Assembly: GCA_964019335.1 (NCBI GenBank)
Contig: OZ025739.1
Coordinates: forward strand, 62,001 to 126,000
Reading direction: 5' to 3'
DNA length: 64,000 bases
Source: Diplonema japonicum
Taxonomy: Eukaryota > Protista > Euglenozoa: Diplonemea
Below, one piece after another: positions 1-12,232 of this stretch; the first letter of the stretch is position 1, and each line of letters opens with the position of its first letter. The position numbers and the translations under genes are program-made. The notes under the pieces were generated by a model. The model was not told where the DNA came from and made no database searches. It worked only from the letters and a program-made list of their open reading frames with translations.

Positions 1-2
1 AT

Positions 3-759
3 GAGAAAAGCCATGGCGTCATGCACGACGGGGATAAGGAAAAACCAATGGTGGCAGTACTTGTGGGGTGCGACACGCCAGATGGCACGGAAGCATTAGA
101 AATACAGCACATGGCATACATGCTAAAGAAGGAGCTGGGGTACAGGGTGATAATGCTGGTGGGGGGAGAGGCTGAGAAGGCAGGCGTGGAGTCGGTACTA
201 CAGGGGCTTGGCAATGAGGTCTCTCTCGTTCTGATCAGAGGGGGCGAGACCAACACCAAGGAGACCATCACCATCGCAGGGGAAGAGGTGTCTTTGGAAT
301 GGCTCAAGGAGACAGTAACAGCGCCTTCATGCTGCCTCATTCTTGACTTCCTGTCTTCATGCACACTGGCTACGGCGTCTGACGACATTACGCTACATCT
401 TCCTGCTGAGTGCATCCCGAAGGTGACCTCTGCATGCTCTTGGTTGTTCTCGGGGTTCTTCACTCCTTTACTGGCCGAGATCCTCACCTCTAAAACCCCA
501 CCTACTCTGCTTCACAATGTGGTGCATCACCTGCAGACATACATCACACACGACGACACCTCCGTGGAGATCATGGTATGGTTTTTAGAGCAAGAAAAAA
601 AAGGGGAAAAGAAAAAAAAAAAAAAAAAAAAAAAAAACGCAGGAGAGGGAGTTTCAAGAGGGTGGGTTGCAAACTTGCTGTATCAGCAGGGGGCCTAAGC
701 TTGAAGAGGAAAACTATTCGAGTGAGAATGAAGGTGACGAAGACGAAGCGGGTGAATAG
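3..759 (+). CDS. Caspase/metacaspase-fold-like protein, apparently catalytically inactive; probably 5'-partial; intron 576-642
   Basis: VAVLVGCD...MAYMLKKELGYRVIML...LVLIRGG...LILDFLSS follows the metacaspase p20 motif order but lacks His/Cys. The frame is open to the window start. A GTATG..CAG phase-0 intron gives an acidic C-terminal exon (stop at 757-759, or at 800 if 752-786 is also spliced). Confidence 0.45.
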
Positions 760-1274
760 AATTTTTTTTTTTGAAGAGAAGTGTAGAGCTGCATCTATAG
801 GTGCTTGGATGGAATGTTTTCTTTTGTTGATGGTCTACCCTAGAGTTTTTCTTCTTTTTTCTTTTAGTCCTCACCCCCCTGCCCAAGTGTGTACCCGCAC
901 GAAAAACTGGAAAGAAATTGGGGAAAAAAAAGTTTGCCTTTCTTGCATGCATTAACAAAACAAGAAGGAAAAAAAAAAGGAGAATTTTATTTTATTTTTA
1001 AGTTTTTTTTTTTCGTTTCTAGATTTCCCTTTCCCCCCCCCTCCAAAACCACGTCCTCGTTTAGAAGGAAAAAAAAAAGAGGAAAAAAAAAAACACTCTA
1101 ATTTTTTTTTTTTTTTATACCTTAATTTACCACTTTCATTTTTTCTCCTTTTCCATTTTCTTCCCTCCTTTTTTTTTCTTTCTATATTTGATGAATTATC
1201 CACATAAAAAAAATTCGTACATTCTCACCACAGGCTCCCTTAGCACATCTTCTTTTTTCCCTCAACAAGAAAAA

Positions 1275-1653
1275 ATGGCATCCAAGGACGAGCTCGCATG
1301 CGTGTATGGAGGAAACATTTTAATTTTTTTTTCTTCAAAAAAAAATAAAATAAAATAGGTACGCCGCCCTCATCCTTCACGATGAGGGGCTTGAGGTGAC
1401 CGCTGACAAGATTACCTCGCTGTGCAAGGCCGCCAACCTTGAGGTCGAGTCTTTCTACCCTGGGCTCTTCGCCTCCTTCCTCACCGAGGGTGCCAACCTC
1501 GGTGACCTCCTCACCAGCACAGGTGGTGCCGCCCCCGAGGCCGCACCTGCCGCCGCCGCTGGTGGCGATGCGGCCCCCGCGGCTGCCGCCGGTGGCAAGG
1601 CCCCTGCCAAGGAGGAGTCCGAGGAGGAGATGGAATTCGACATGTTCGACTAG
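1275..1653 (+). CDS. RPLP1: 60S acidic ribosomal protein P1; intron 1304-1358
   Basis: Spliced product [28 protein letters not shown], followed by an Ala-rich hinge and the acidic [13 protein letters not shown] tail. Confidence 0.95.
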
Positions 1654-1819
1654 AAAACTCCCTCAAAAGGAAAAAAATAAGGCCCCGCCAAAAAAAAAAA
1701 AAAAAGGAAACAACAAGTTTTTTTGTCACTTATTTTTTTTTTTTTTTTGGATCAAATATTTTTTTTTCTCGCCCACCCAGCGTTTCTTCCTTAACCCCAC
1801 CACCACAACGACAGTGACC

Positions 1820-3262
1820 ATGGACATATGCACCGCGTTCGAAATCTGCTGCCAAAAGCAAACCAACGGCATAGGCACCATCGGCATGAAGGTTGTGAAC
1901 AGTGTCCAGCAGTACCTAGTTAGGAACGTGGTGGTCGACAAAATGTTCAAAAGCGTGAGGGTCCGGGTAGGGGAGAGCTGCTTCGACGGCCACTGTAGGT
2001 GTGGATACCTTTCTGAAGGGAAGTACGAAGTAGCCCTGAACACGGGACAGGTAGTGCGCATCAGCACAAGCAGCTTTGACATGTATGACACGGTGACAGA
2101 GGAGCCCCCCTGCACCGCCCCTGTCGTCCTGGGGCACATCACAGCTGAGTGGTTGAGCAGAGTCCTGCAAGGCCCGAAGTACGCGCCTCGTGTTGTTGAC
2201 TTCATTCGGCTGAAGGTGCTCCCGACCAAACCACACTGCACACCCAAACAGCGTGTGAAATATTTTGTAGAAGGAGAGTCGAGACGGCACCCCAAAGGGA
2301 AACCCAAGCTGCTCTTCGTCAAGCTGGGCGTCTCGCGCAACCCGTCCACCGGACTGCAGAACATCGTGTCCGCAAGAGAGAAGCGAGAAGTATACATGTA
2401 CAACAGCATCCTCCATAAGAGTCTGATAAAATTCTCGCCGATGTGTTTACACGGTTCGCACCACGAAGGGGAACATGCTACTGTGCTAGTGTTGGAAGAT
2501 CTCGGGCTGTGGCGGCAGCTGCCTTTTAACGGGATCACAACAAAAACAGAAGCAGAGGGGATCGGGAGGTCCCTCGGCACACTGCACGGAATGTTCTACG
2601 ACGACAGGGAAGGGTTGGCAAGGCACTTCGTGGAGCCTCAGGCTTGCTTCATGAACGAGTACCTGTCAGGGACAGATGGTGTGGTGGAGGCCTTCGCCAA
2701 TGTCATCGAAATCATGCGAAACGGTGTGGTGCCGCAAGACATGGTACCGAAGATGGGCTCCGTGTCCTTTGGGAACAAGTGGCTGGGCATACCTGAGACG
2801 GTCCATGGGACCATCGAGGCGATATTCTCATCTACACCTGTTGCGCTGTGCCACATGACACTGCGGCCAGAACACATCTTCACAACAGAAGACCCTCACG
2901 CCCCCACCACTGCGCTGTTCCTGGACTGGAAGCGTTCCTGTCCTGCGCCCATTGGGTACGACATTGCGGCTATTCTTTCGTTGTGTTACCCTTCGCACAT
3001 GCACCTCATCGACCCCTTGTTGGAGTCATATATCTCTACTCTGACGCTTTCGTGTCCTCCGTCGACCGCCCTTCTGCGCCAGTACGCCACGCAATGCCTC
3101 CTTCCCCTCCTTGTCTGCACGGTCTGTGCGGCAGATGACGCAATTCAGCTGTCTGTGTTGCAAGACGAGCGGGCACTCGTCGACCCTCCCCAGTACACCC
3201 GCCATGCGCTTGATAACATCCTCAGAACGACCAAGATGTGCATAGACTGCGGTGTGCTGTAA
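1820..3262 (+). CDS. Ecdysteroid-kinase-like/APH-choline-kinase-fold protein, probable pseudokinase
   Basis: ITAEWLSRVL, LFVK, REVYMYN, LVLEDL, CHMTLRPEHIF (HGDxxxxN position), LDWK and GYDIA motifs. ATG 1820 follows a pyrimidine tract. Confidence 0.65.
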   Translation: MDICTAFEICCQKQTNGIGTIGMKVVNSVQQYLVRNVVVDKMFKSVRVRVGESCFDGHCRCGYLSEGKYEVALNTGQVVRISTSSFDMYDTVTEEPPCTAPVVLGHITAEWLSRVLQGPKYAPRVVDFIRLKVLPTKPHCTPKQRVKYFVEGESRRHPKGKPKLLFVKLGVSRNPSTGLQNIVSAREKREVYMYNSILHKSLIKFSPMCLHGSHHEGEHATVLVLEDLGLWRQLPFNGITTKTEAEGIGRSLGTLHGMFYDDREGLARHFVEPQACFMNEYLSGTDGVVEAFANVIEIMRNGVVPQDMVPKMGSVSFGNKWLGIPETVHGTIEAIFSSTPVALCHMTLRPEHIFTTEDPHAPTTALFLDWKRSCPAPIGYDIAAILSLCYPSHMHLIDPLLESYISTLTLSCPPSTALLRQYATQCLLPLLVCTVCAADDAIQLSVLQDERALVDPPQYTRHALDNILRTTKMCIDCGVL

Positions 3263-3524
3263 GTTAGAACTTTTTTTTTTTGTTAAAAAGGGCGTGCGAG
3301 TCATGAAGAATTATCCTTATAAAAGGCGCCGGAAGAACGCCTTGTTTTTTTTCTTTTCATTTACACTGAATTTATTTTTGTTTGTATACCCCGCAATTTC
3401 TTTTTGTTAAATTGCAAATTTACCTCTTTTTTTTTTCTCCCCACACAACAGGTTGGTTGGTAGGGTGAGGAGGGAACATATACAAAAAAAGAAGAAAAAA
3501 AAGCTAGAAAAGTACGAAAACAAA

Positions 3525-5649
3525 ATGGAGTCCCGCTTCAACTTTTTAAAGTCTCTGAAGAAACAGATGCAGAAGTCGATTGCGAGCGACCCTGTGAAAA
3601 AGTACGCCGCAACATGGGAGCTACTGAAATCCGCTGTTGAGGGGAGGGGGCACGGGTCCCCTGCACGGGGTGTGTCTTCTAAGGCGACTGCCGACATCAA
3701 GTCACACCTAAAGACCATGCTGGGGCTGCTCATCGACGAAGCTAAGAAGGGCGAGATCCACGGCGCCGCCCCGCCTTGCTACGAGTACATGCTGAAGAAA
3801 GGCGTTCTGAAACAGCTTTGCACGTTCGCAAAATGGCAAAACTTCGATCTACTGCTGCTGCACCACATAGCCGACATTGTCCTCTTCGTGTCGCCCCTAC
3901 TAGGCCACTTCAAGCAAGCCACCGCACCACTTCTAGACCTGCTACAGCATTCCGAGTCCAAGCTGCAACTATGGGTCAAGAACAGATCTGCCGATGTGTT
4001 GGACCACCACACTCGCTGCCTGTCTCACGGGTTCATCCAGTTGGTCTACAGCATCGCATGGCAATTGCAGTGTTCCCACAGTGTGGTGGAGTGTGTGGAC
4101 TTCTTTTTTGTCGACAAAACACGTTTTGAGTTCGACGAAAAGGAGATCAAACCAACAGAGAAGACAGCCTCGTTCATCTTGCTGGAGTTCGTGGTCCCTT
4201 ACTTGAAGAGAACGGAAGAGGTGGTCGCCGCAAGCGAGATAGACTACGACGATCTGCTTGCAATCGGCAGCACTTCACATGAGATCTACACAACAGAGGT
4301 GGCGGTGGACGCTTTGTGCTGTGTCTTTAACCTGCAGAATGACAACGTAGCCAACTATCTAGAAGGCAAGGGGTGCTTTATTGCGGGTCTTATCACACAG
4401 AACATCTCAAAGCTGTGCAAGGAGCTTCTCGACAGGGAACACTGCGACGAGTACAGCACCAAAGAGCTCCTCATGGAGCAGCTCCAGAGACGTGTTCAGC
4501 TCCTCAGTGCGGTGTCGCACCATGCTAAACAGCACTTCCGCGAGACCTTCCAGCAGCAGTTCACTCTGCATGTTGTGGAGCAGGTGTTCGTTGCAAGGCT
4601 TCAAGGCAACCTTAGAGACAAAGAGAACGTGTTGCAGCTCGCCTCCTTCCTCCTCGAGAGCCTTCCTTTGAAACCGTTTTGCGACGAATTAGTTGCGGGG
4701 CTGCTGTCGCCCTCTGTGAAAAAATCGCTTTTCCCAGCCATCATGGAGTCCGACAAGTGTTTGGTGCCGTCTGTGCTCAACCTGTTCCTTATCATGTTCA
4801 AGGTGAGGCCTAACAAGGTAGCCGATGAGCTCCTTGCAGGGTCGCTCAAGGTGTACACCAACGGTGTCCAACCTGACGAGATGTATTATCCGTCGCTGGC
4901 TGATATCAATGAGCTGTTCCACCCGTGTTTGTTCCTTGGGGACGATGACCCGAAGACGCGAAAGGATCAACACAACACGCAGCTGAAGATGCAAGCCATG
5001 TGCGCACTGGAGAAGGGCGCCGCCATGCTGGAATGCCCAATGAAGTGGGAACCCGTGCAACCCTTATCTGAATGCGAAAAACCGTGTTTTTTGGAGCTCA
5101 TCATGCAACGGTGCGCCACCATCTTCGACCAGCCTATCGATGTGACCCTCGTGCTGCTGGACATCATCACCACTATGGCGCACCTTAACAACAAGGCGTT
5201 GTCCTACTCCCTTTTCTGCATGCGGAGTAAAAATGTTCTCACGCTTGCTCAAGTATGTTATCGGTTCCAACAGCACACCCTTACAGTCACTATCCGCTTT
5301 GAGAAAGATGACAGCAAGCTGGGTGGAACAATGGGGCGACGAGATCTTCAAAACCAAAATAACGAAACTAAGACGGTCGCTTGGCATTATAAACGACGGG
5401 GGCGACGCGACAGTTTCTGAGAGGGACGATCAGGCACAGGTATGCTGAATAATATAATAATTACCAAAAAAAAAAATTTTTTTTTTGTAGCTCTTCGAGG
5501 CAGCGCTGTTGCTAGAAGAATGGCGGAGGGAGGTGAGAGAGACGGTTAATGTGTTGAAGGACTGCACCACGTGTGCAGAAATGACGGCAACCATCGAAGA
5601 GGAAGAGGAAGGGAAACAGACAGAAAGTGAAGAGGAGTATGGGTATTGA
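3525..5649 (+). CDS. FHIP: FHIP/FAM160 (FTS-Hook interacting, RAI16-like) family protein; introns 5253-5286, 5440-5490
   Basis: N-terminal PPCYEYMLKKGVLKQLCTFA, IFDQPIDVTLVL and spliced C-terminal LFEAALLLEEWRRE match FAM160 motifs. Two GTATG..AG introns restore the frame. Confidence 0.75.
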
Positions 5650-6062
5650 TATCTTTTTTTTTTTATTTTTTTTTTATTATTATCTGTTAGATGAGAAGGA
5701 AAAAAAAAAGAAAAAAAAGCGAACAAGCGGTAAAAAAAAAATCCCCTCCCCCCCTCTTCAAAAAAAAAACTTCTTCCATTTTTTCTTTCCGAAAAAAAAA
5801 ATGCTATGTCGTTTTTTATTATTCCTCCAAAAAAAAGATTTAAAAAAAACATCATCACAGGAGGGGTGGGGTGGAGGGTCCGTTAGGAAGGGTGTGCGGG
5901 GGGGGCTGCCCCTTTTTCCCTTAATCCCCCTTTCCCGTTTCTCTTGTCATTTCTACACTCACCTGTATAAAAAAAAAAGAAGAAAAGAAGAAAAAAAGAG
6001 GGAATTGGTGCCTCTGTGACCCCCCTCTAAAAAAAAGAAACCCTCCTCCCCTGTCCCCCACC

Positions 6063-6312
6063 ATGAACGGTGATGATCGCTCATGGGAAGAAGAAGAGGA
6101 CGAGGAAGACGAAGAAGAGGATGTCGAATTCAGTGAAGAAAGCGACGATAAACTAGGGACAACGAACAAAGAATCACATATTAGAAAGAGGCTGGAAGAA
6201 GAAGAACGAGACGAAGAGGACGAAGAAACTGAAGAGGAGGAAGAAGAAGAAGAAGAGCTGTACGGGCAACTGGAACAACAGGCGTTTATACCTGGTATCT
6301 ATCAAGGAGAGG

Positions 6313-6344
<32 letters not shown>

Positions 6345-6448
6345 AGGAACAAGGGTAAAACTTGCGCCAGAGAACAATGTGCGGTGTGCAGTCGGCTGCC
6401 ACTGGCACGCAGTGATGGGTCTTTGTTGTGGGAAGGTGGGCATGGTAT

Positions 6449-6498
<50 letters not shown>

Positions 6499-6769
6499 CT
6501 CCCTCCTAAAAACCACATAGGTGCAACGGGGTCACGGGGACGAAGGCAACAGCACTTCAAAGGTTTTTGTAACCTTTGCATTTCCCGAGTCCACGACACC
6601 ATCCGCTCTCAGCACAGCTTCCTTCACTCTGCCTGCAGGCGTTCTGCTCTACGCCGACAGACGGCGGAGTCGAGCCAACACATCTGTAATAAGCAACACT
6701 ACCTCTCCACCCCAACCTTCTATCCTTGCTGCCACTACCGCGTCTCCCCGGAGAAAAAATTCTCGGTAG
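6063..6769 (+). CDS. Protein with acidic N-terminus and Mind-bomb SH3-like repeat; introns 6295-6346, 6445-6520
   Basis: Splicing gives PGTRVKLAPENNVRCAVGCHWHAVMGLCCGKVGMVQRG...KVFVTF...FTLPAGVL, resembling the SH3_15 pattern W..M...G..G.V...V.F....P..L. Confidence 0.55.
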
Positions 6770-8091
6770 GCGGAAGGGAGAATGTAGTACAAGGAGGGGA
6801 GGGGGGAGGGGACATTACATTTCCCCCCCTCTTTTTTTTTTTTACTTTTATTCTCTCTCTTCATGGGAAGGGGTCAGGGTGGGGGTTCTTTTTTTTTTTT
6901 TACAATTTTCAAGAAGGAAGAGGGCCTCGAAGCGTGTTGTTTAGGTAAGGGGAGGGGGGGTGACAGAAAGGCAAACTTTTGCAAAAAATCTGATAACGTA
7001 TTTTAGGAGGGGGGGGGGGAGAGTGGGAGTGGGCGTTCAAAAATGTGTTGCAATAATATTTCCCCAATGAAAAAAAAAATATTCCCCCCCTTAGATGCCT
7101 AGTTTTTATTTATGTAGTCCCTCGTTCCCTTTATCCTTTTCTGTGCACCGAACGCCCCTCCCCCCCTTTAAAAAAGTGCCCCTTTTTTCTTTTTCTTTTC
7201 CATTGTATTTTTTTTTTTTTTTTTTTTTATATTTTACTCTTTTTCTAGTTTCTTCTCCTACTTTTTTTGTTTATGCCCTTGTTATTAAGAGAACAAAAAA
7301 GAAAAAAAATGGAAAAAGGGGGAAAAAAAAAGAAGGGGTGGTGATGAAGGGAAGAAAAAAAAAAACAATATTTTTTTGAGTCAACTCCTCCATCGCACCC
7401 CACCCCACCCCTTTTTCCTTTCTTCACTTCTAGTGCAGGGATGGTACTTTAAAAAAAAAAGAATAGTTTGGGAGTGGGGGGAGTTTTTTTTTTTTTTTTT
7501 TCGTCCCCTTTTTTTCTTGAGAAGACTAGAACAGGTACAGTGAATCGCAGTGACGCCGAGTGCAAAGACTGAGCATGCTAATCTATTGTTCCCCCCCTTG
7601 TTTTTTTTTGGATAGAGAACAGGGTAACTATGCAATACTTGAGGGGTGGGGGGGGGAGGTATATGTTCTTTTTCTCCCTTTTTCATCCACCTTCCCTCGC
7701 CCCCCCCCCCCCCCCCCCCCCCCCTTCCTGCCTAATTCCATCCGCTTCTAATCAAGAAAAAAAATACTGCAAATCCTCTTTAAATCTTGTCCCGAAGGAG
7801 AGCACAAATAATTTTTGTCCCGTGTTAAGCAAAAACAGGGGGGGGGGGGGGGGGGCGAATAGTGATCAGTATATTTTTTTTTTTTTTACAAAAGTTCCCC
7901 CCCTCTCTCTCTTTTTTTTTTTCAATTCTCCTGTTAGTTCTCCAGACCTCGTACCTTTGGCTTTCTTCTTTTTTTTTTTCTCTTTATTGAAAACCCACTC
8001 CTACCTTTCCCCTTGTTTTTTTTCTTTCTATTTTTTTTTTCTCCCTATTTATCTACTTTTTTTTTTAAAGTTTTTTTTTTTTTTGTTACAC

Positions 8092-8346
8092 ATGGAACCG
8101 GCGAAGATTAAAAGTGAAAGAAACGGCCGAAGGCTCATATCCCTTCTTGATTCTGAAGCACAGCTAGAGAGCTCCATGAAGGCGAAGCCGATACAACAAA
8201 AAGCGGCGAAGAACCACCATGCCCACGGTATACAACACATGAGCAACAGCTTGGCGTTGGGGGACATGGACGGAAGCAGCCCAGCCGGGTTCAGAAAAGG
8301 ACTCAAGGGGAAGAATATTAGAGAAATCATGCTCGCTGTGCGGTGA
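8092..8346 (+). CDS. Small hypothetical protein (84 aa)
   Basis: Complex-sequence ORF MEPAKIKSE...IMLAVR between homopolymer spacers. Confidence 0.5.
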   Translation: MEPAKIKSERNGRRLISLLDSEAQLESSMKAKPIQQKAAKNHHAHGIQHMSNSLALGDMDGSSPAGFRKGLKGKNIREIMLAVR

Positions 8347-8420
8347 TTATTATTATTATTATTATTTTTTTTTTTTTTTTCTTTTCCCACTTCAAAAAAA
8401 AAAAGCCCCCCCAAAGAAAA

Positions 8421-8891
8421 ATGCCTGCCCCGTTGGCTAAGTTGTGCATATTGCTGGTTATGATTGAAATAGGAGGGGGTCAGAAAATAGGCAGTGAGAT
8501 AGATGTTGAAGAGAAGAATAGGTGCGAGCATGAGAATGCGTTGAGCAGGTGTGTTCCGTGCAATGAGGAAGAGAACAGAGAAGTGCCAATGTGTATGAAG
8601 GAGCCTTTCCGGCTTCGGAGAGTCTGTGAAGCTAGTGAAAAAAAATATCTTCCTTGTGAAGAAGAAAGCGAGAGCACGAAGAAGCACCACCAGCACAACC
8701 ACTTCAAAACCGGTATCGCCTCGGAGTTCAACCCCCAGTCCATGCACAGCGTACTGCGCAGCAGTTTGTTCAGCTTCGAGCTTGTCTGCCTCATCATGGC
8801 CATCACCTGCGGCCTCCTGATGCGACACAGAAAATCCCTTCTCATGGCACAGCAACAACACCGATACTTCAAGTTGATTGAAAGATCTTAA
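8421..8891 (+). CDS. JTB: JTB (jumping translocation breakpoint)-like single-pass membrane protein
   Basis: Signal peptide, Cys pattern C..SRCVPC..E....C...F.....C......C, then LFSFELVCL transmembrane segment and basic RHRK tail. Confidence 0.6.
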   Translation: MPAPLAKLCILLVMIEIGGGQKIGSEIDVEEKNRCEHENALSRCVPCNEEENREVPMCMKEPFRLRRVCEASEKKYLPCEEESESTKKHHQHNHFKTGIASEFNPQSMHSVLRSSLFSFELVCLIMAITCGLLMRHRKSLLMAQQQHRYFKLIERS

Positions 8892-9117
8892 AAAAAAAAA
8901 ATAATAATAATAATAATAATACGAGGCGGAGGTAATATTGTAGATCTGGCTCTGTTAAGTTATTTTTTTTTTTTCTTTTCTTTCTTTCTCTTTTTTTTTT
9001 TTTTTTTTGCATTTATTTCCATTTTGTTTATTCTCGAGTGACCCCACACAATATACACAGCACACAGGGGCTTTTTTTTTTCCCCCTAAAAATTTTTTTT
9101 CCCCCCCCTCTCGAACA

Positions 9118-10020
9118 ATGTACCGAAACCCAGAGCTGATTCACATGTCATCCTTTGAGAATTTGCAAGGGATGGACAGGACGATGAAAGGGTTCAACAC
9201 ATGGTTAGTAGGTGGGTACTGTGGCTTGAAGCAACGGCACGAAAAAAACCCGGTCGTCCCGAAGACGGAAAGCTCCCAGCGGCTGAAGGCAAAAATAGAC
9301 GAGATGCGCAAGAAATTCGCGGGGTACCGACGGGACGCCAAGGAAAAGCGACGGCAAAACACCACCAAGCAAATAGCTTTTGTAAAACGACCCATTGCCC
9401 CCCAAGCACCTATCACGGAGAAGAGTAAAGCACCCCGTCCCAACACAGGCAGCCATCGGATGCACCTCAAAACATGTCTAATCGATCAGATCACGCAATC
9501 GAATTACATCTCCATGTTCCCTCCTCTGTTCACACCTTATGACAGATCCAATACCATGCTTCGTGGATGGGATGCTGAGATGAAAACGTATTATGCTCCC
9601 ACGGGTTCGAAGCAGTCTTCAAACGAGCCACCAGCATTCCCTTCCAGCCCAGTCCCGAGAAGGAAGGCAGGGAAGGACAGCTTCCTTCCCACAGGGTCTG
9701 CTGTGAACGCTTATCGCCACTACACCAACTACCGTCTTGCGGTGGAACGATCTCAAAAAGCAGCACCTTCCAAGACAGGTTCCCAGCCGCTCACCAACCT
9801 CCTTCGCGCACAATGTTCATCGTCTCTTCAAAGCACAATGACCAGTAACACTACCAAGCTGGACTCTCCCGTCTGCAAGACGATTAGAACCAAACCGCTC
9901 GCCGATAATGTCAGGGCCGCCATCCAGAAGCAGTTGAACAATGAAATCTCTCGTAAGCACAACGAAGAGATAGAAGACATGTCCCCGCCCAGCTCCCCCC
10001 AACCGGACAACACGCAATGA
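9118..10020 (+). CDS. Hypothetical basic protein
   Basis: 300-codon ORF with coding-like composition starting at ATG 9118. Confidence 0.7.
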   Translation: MYRNPELIHMSSFENLQGMDRTMKGFNTWLVGGYCGLKQRHEKNPVVPKTESSQRLKAKIDEMRKKFAGYRRDAKEKRRQNTTKQIAFVKRPIAPQAPITEKSKAPRPNTGSHRMHLKTCLIDQITQSNYISMFPPLFTPYDRSNTMLRGWDAEMKTYYAPTGSKQSSNEPPAFPSSPVPRRKAGKDSFLPTGSAVNAYRHYTNYRLAVERSQKAAPSKTGSQPLTNLLRAQCSSSLQSTMTSNTTKLDSPVCKTIRTKPLADNVRAAIQKQLNNEISRKHNEEIEDMSPPSSPQPDNTQ

Positions 10021-10133
10021 ACTGTTATAGGTATACACTGCCCTTCCGGGCGGTTGTGGGCTCCAGAAAATCTTAGCCCCCCCTTTTTTTTTGATCCCTT
10101 TGCCGGCTCGGTGACACACCACCAGGTCACGTC

Positions 10134-12232
10134 ATGGCCTCATGGAACACCACACAGCGGTTACCTGTCAGGTCCCACTCCAACGGCCGGCCCCTTCCTG
10201 TCACCGCAGTGGCTTCCAGCCCCGGGCCGCAGTACAACATCCCCAGCACTATCGGCAACGGGCCGAAAATAAAGTTCAAACACAGGTATGTGGACGAAGA
10301 GGAGTTGATGCCCATGCCCGGGCCTGGCGAGTACGACCCCGACGGGTCCACAAAGTGGAACACCGCACCGGGCTTCTCCTTCAGCGCCCCGCCCAATAGG
10401 GATCCTGCACAGGAGGTGCATAGAGAGAAGCCCCCCACGCAGTCGGAAATCACAAAAGCGGAGCCAGGCCCCGGTTTCTACACGAACGACAGTCTGAACA
10501 TTTCCAGGAGGCCGACAGAGCGGTCTGGGTGGCGTGTGCAGGGGATGGACACTACGAACCCCAAGAAGCTTATGCACACGGGTGCTTCGATCGGATCGCC
10601 ACGGGTTAAGAAAAAGTTCGAGACGGGTGTTCCGGGACCGGGCAGCTACACGCCAGCGAGGGACAACAAGGGACACCGAGTGCTGGGCTCGTATCAAAAG
10701 AACAGGATCTCCACCATGAAGGCACCCGCGCGGTCAGAGAAGCGGACCGACGACATGGCAGCCCCTGGGCCGGGTGCCTACGACACTTCACGCTTCAACA
10801 TAGCGAAGCAGGCAGTGAACCACCCGATCACGATGCCGGGTAGGCCCTTTGACACAGAAACAGAACGACCACCAGGACCCGGCCACTACACAGCAAGGAC
10901 AGCCTCTGTAACCAAGCGTGTTCACGGCCCTCGATTCGTACCAGCACCTCCGCCACGCAAGAGAGACCAAGGTGTACCTGGACCTGGGGAATACAATCTG
11001 GGAAGCACCCTGGGGTCTAAAGGGATGGGCATCACCTTCAAACATCGGCATGTGAAGACCAGCAGGTCCCCACGGTGCCCTCACATTGTAGGCGAGGTAG
11101 TGGCCGTGCAGATCTCGCAATGTGGCCCCCCGCTCAAGGGCACCATCAAAGAGTCGTGGAACGGGGACACAGAAGAAACAGCAATGTGCTACCGTGTGAT
11201 GTTAGAAACAGGCGTCGAACGGGATGTCGAGGGACACCAGGTGAGCATATGGAAAGGGGGCATGGGACCAGGAGCATACGAGCCCACAGGTGGTGTGGGC
11301 AAGAACGGACCCAAGTACACCATACAAGGACCGTGCACGTTCACTTCGATGGCGGTGAGCGAAGCACGCAAAACCCGCGACAACCCGGGCCCCGACCAGT
11401 ACTTCAAACAAGGCACAATGCACAAGGGGATCGGTACCGGCGGGCACAAGGTTACAATCGCACACAAAACGGAAGTGAAGCAGCATCAATGCGATGTGGG
11501 GCCTGGTGGGGGCCCATCGGGGAACTATGAACCGAAGCACCCATCGAACTTCCAACCGTATTCGGAGTTTGCACCTGGCGTGTCACTGGGGTCACGGGCG
11601 TCGGTGTTTGTCCGAGTGCTGCCTGAAGTGGATGAGGTCAAAATGTTGTGCGATGACAACGGCATCGTGGAGTGGAAGGGTGGGAAGGAATGGACTCAAA
11701 ACAGACACTCAGACCAAGCTGGTGACGAGATCTGCAAGGATGACTACTGCGGTATGGAAGGCGTGTTCGTGCAGCAAGGAGGTGTCTTAAGGTGCAAGGC
11801 GCCACCAAACGTGTCTGGACCGAACAGGGGCTACAACAAGAAGGTCCCCAACGCCCCCTGGTCGGCGTGGTCCAACAAATCGAAGGACAGCATCCGTATC
11901 ATCTTTGACGACGGTGTGTGCTGGACGTACCCACCTGCAGCCCTGTTCAGGCACGGGCTGCCCTTCGACAAGGCCAACGCACGCTGGCCTATTCCACAGA
12001 CGGCCGCCGATGGCCCTTCCAGCGGAGCCACCTCAGATGAGCTGGGCAAATCCTTTTCACCCAAGATCACCATCTCGGGAAAACCATTAGAAGTAGTACC
12101 CCTTGTCGAACCTGGTCCCGGCCATTACGATATTACATCCGGGCTTTCGGTATGACACTTTTAGGGGTGGGGAGGGTGGGGTAAAGAAGATATCAATAGG
12201 ATCGTGCCGCAGTTATAGGAACCAGTCAGTAG
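10134..12232 (+). CDS. SHIPPO/PGP-repeat (ODF3-like) flagellar protein with inserted SH3-like domains; probable terminal intron 12150-12199
   Basis: More than ten PGPGxY repeats plus the RVLPEVDEVK..W...IRIIFDDGVCWTYPPAAL Mib-SH3-like unit. The ORF stop lies inside a GTATGA donor; splicing adds DRAAVIGTSQ. Confidence 0.85.
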
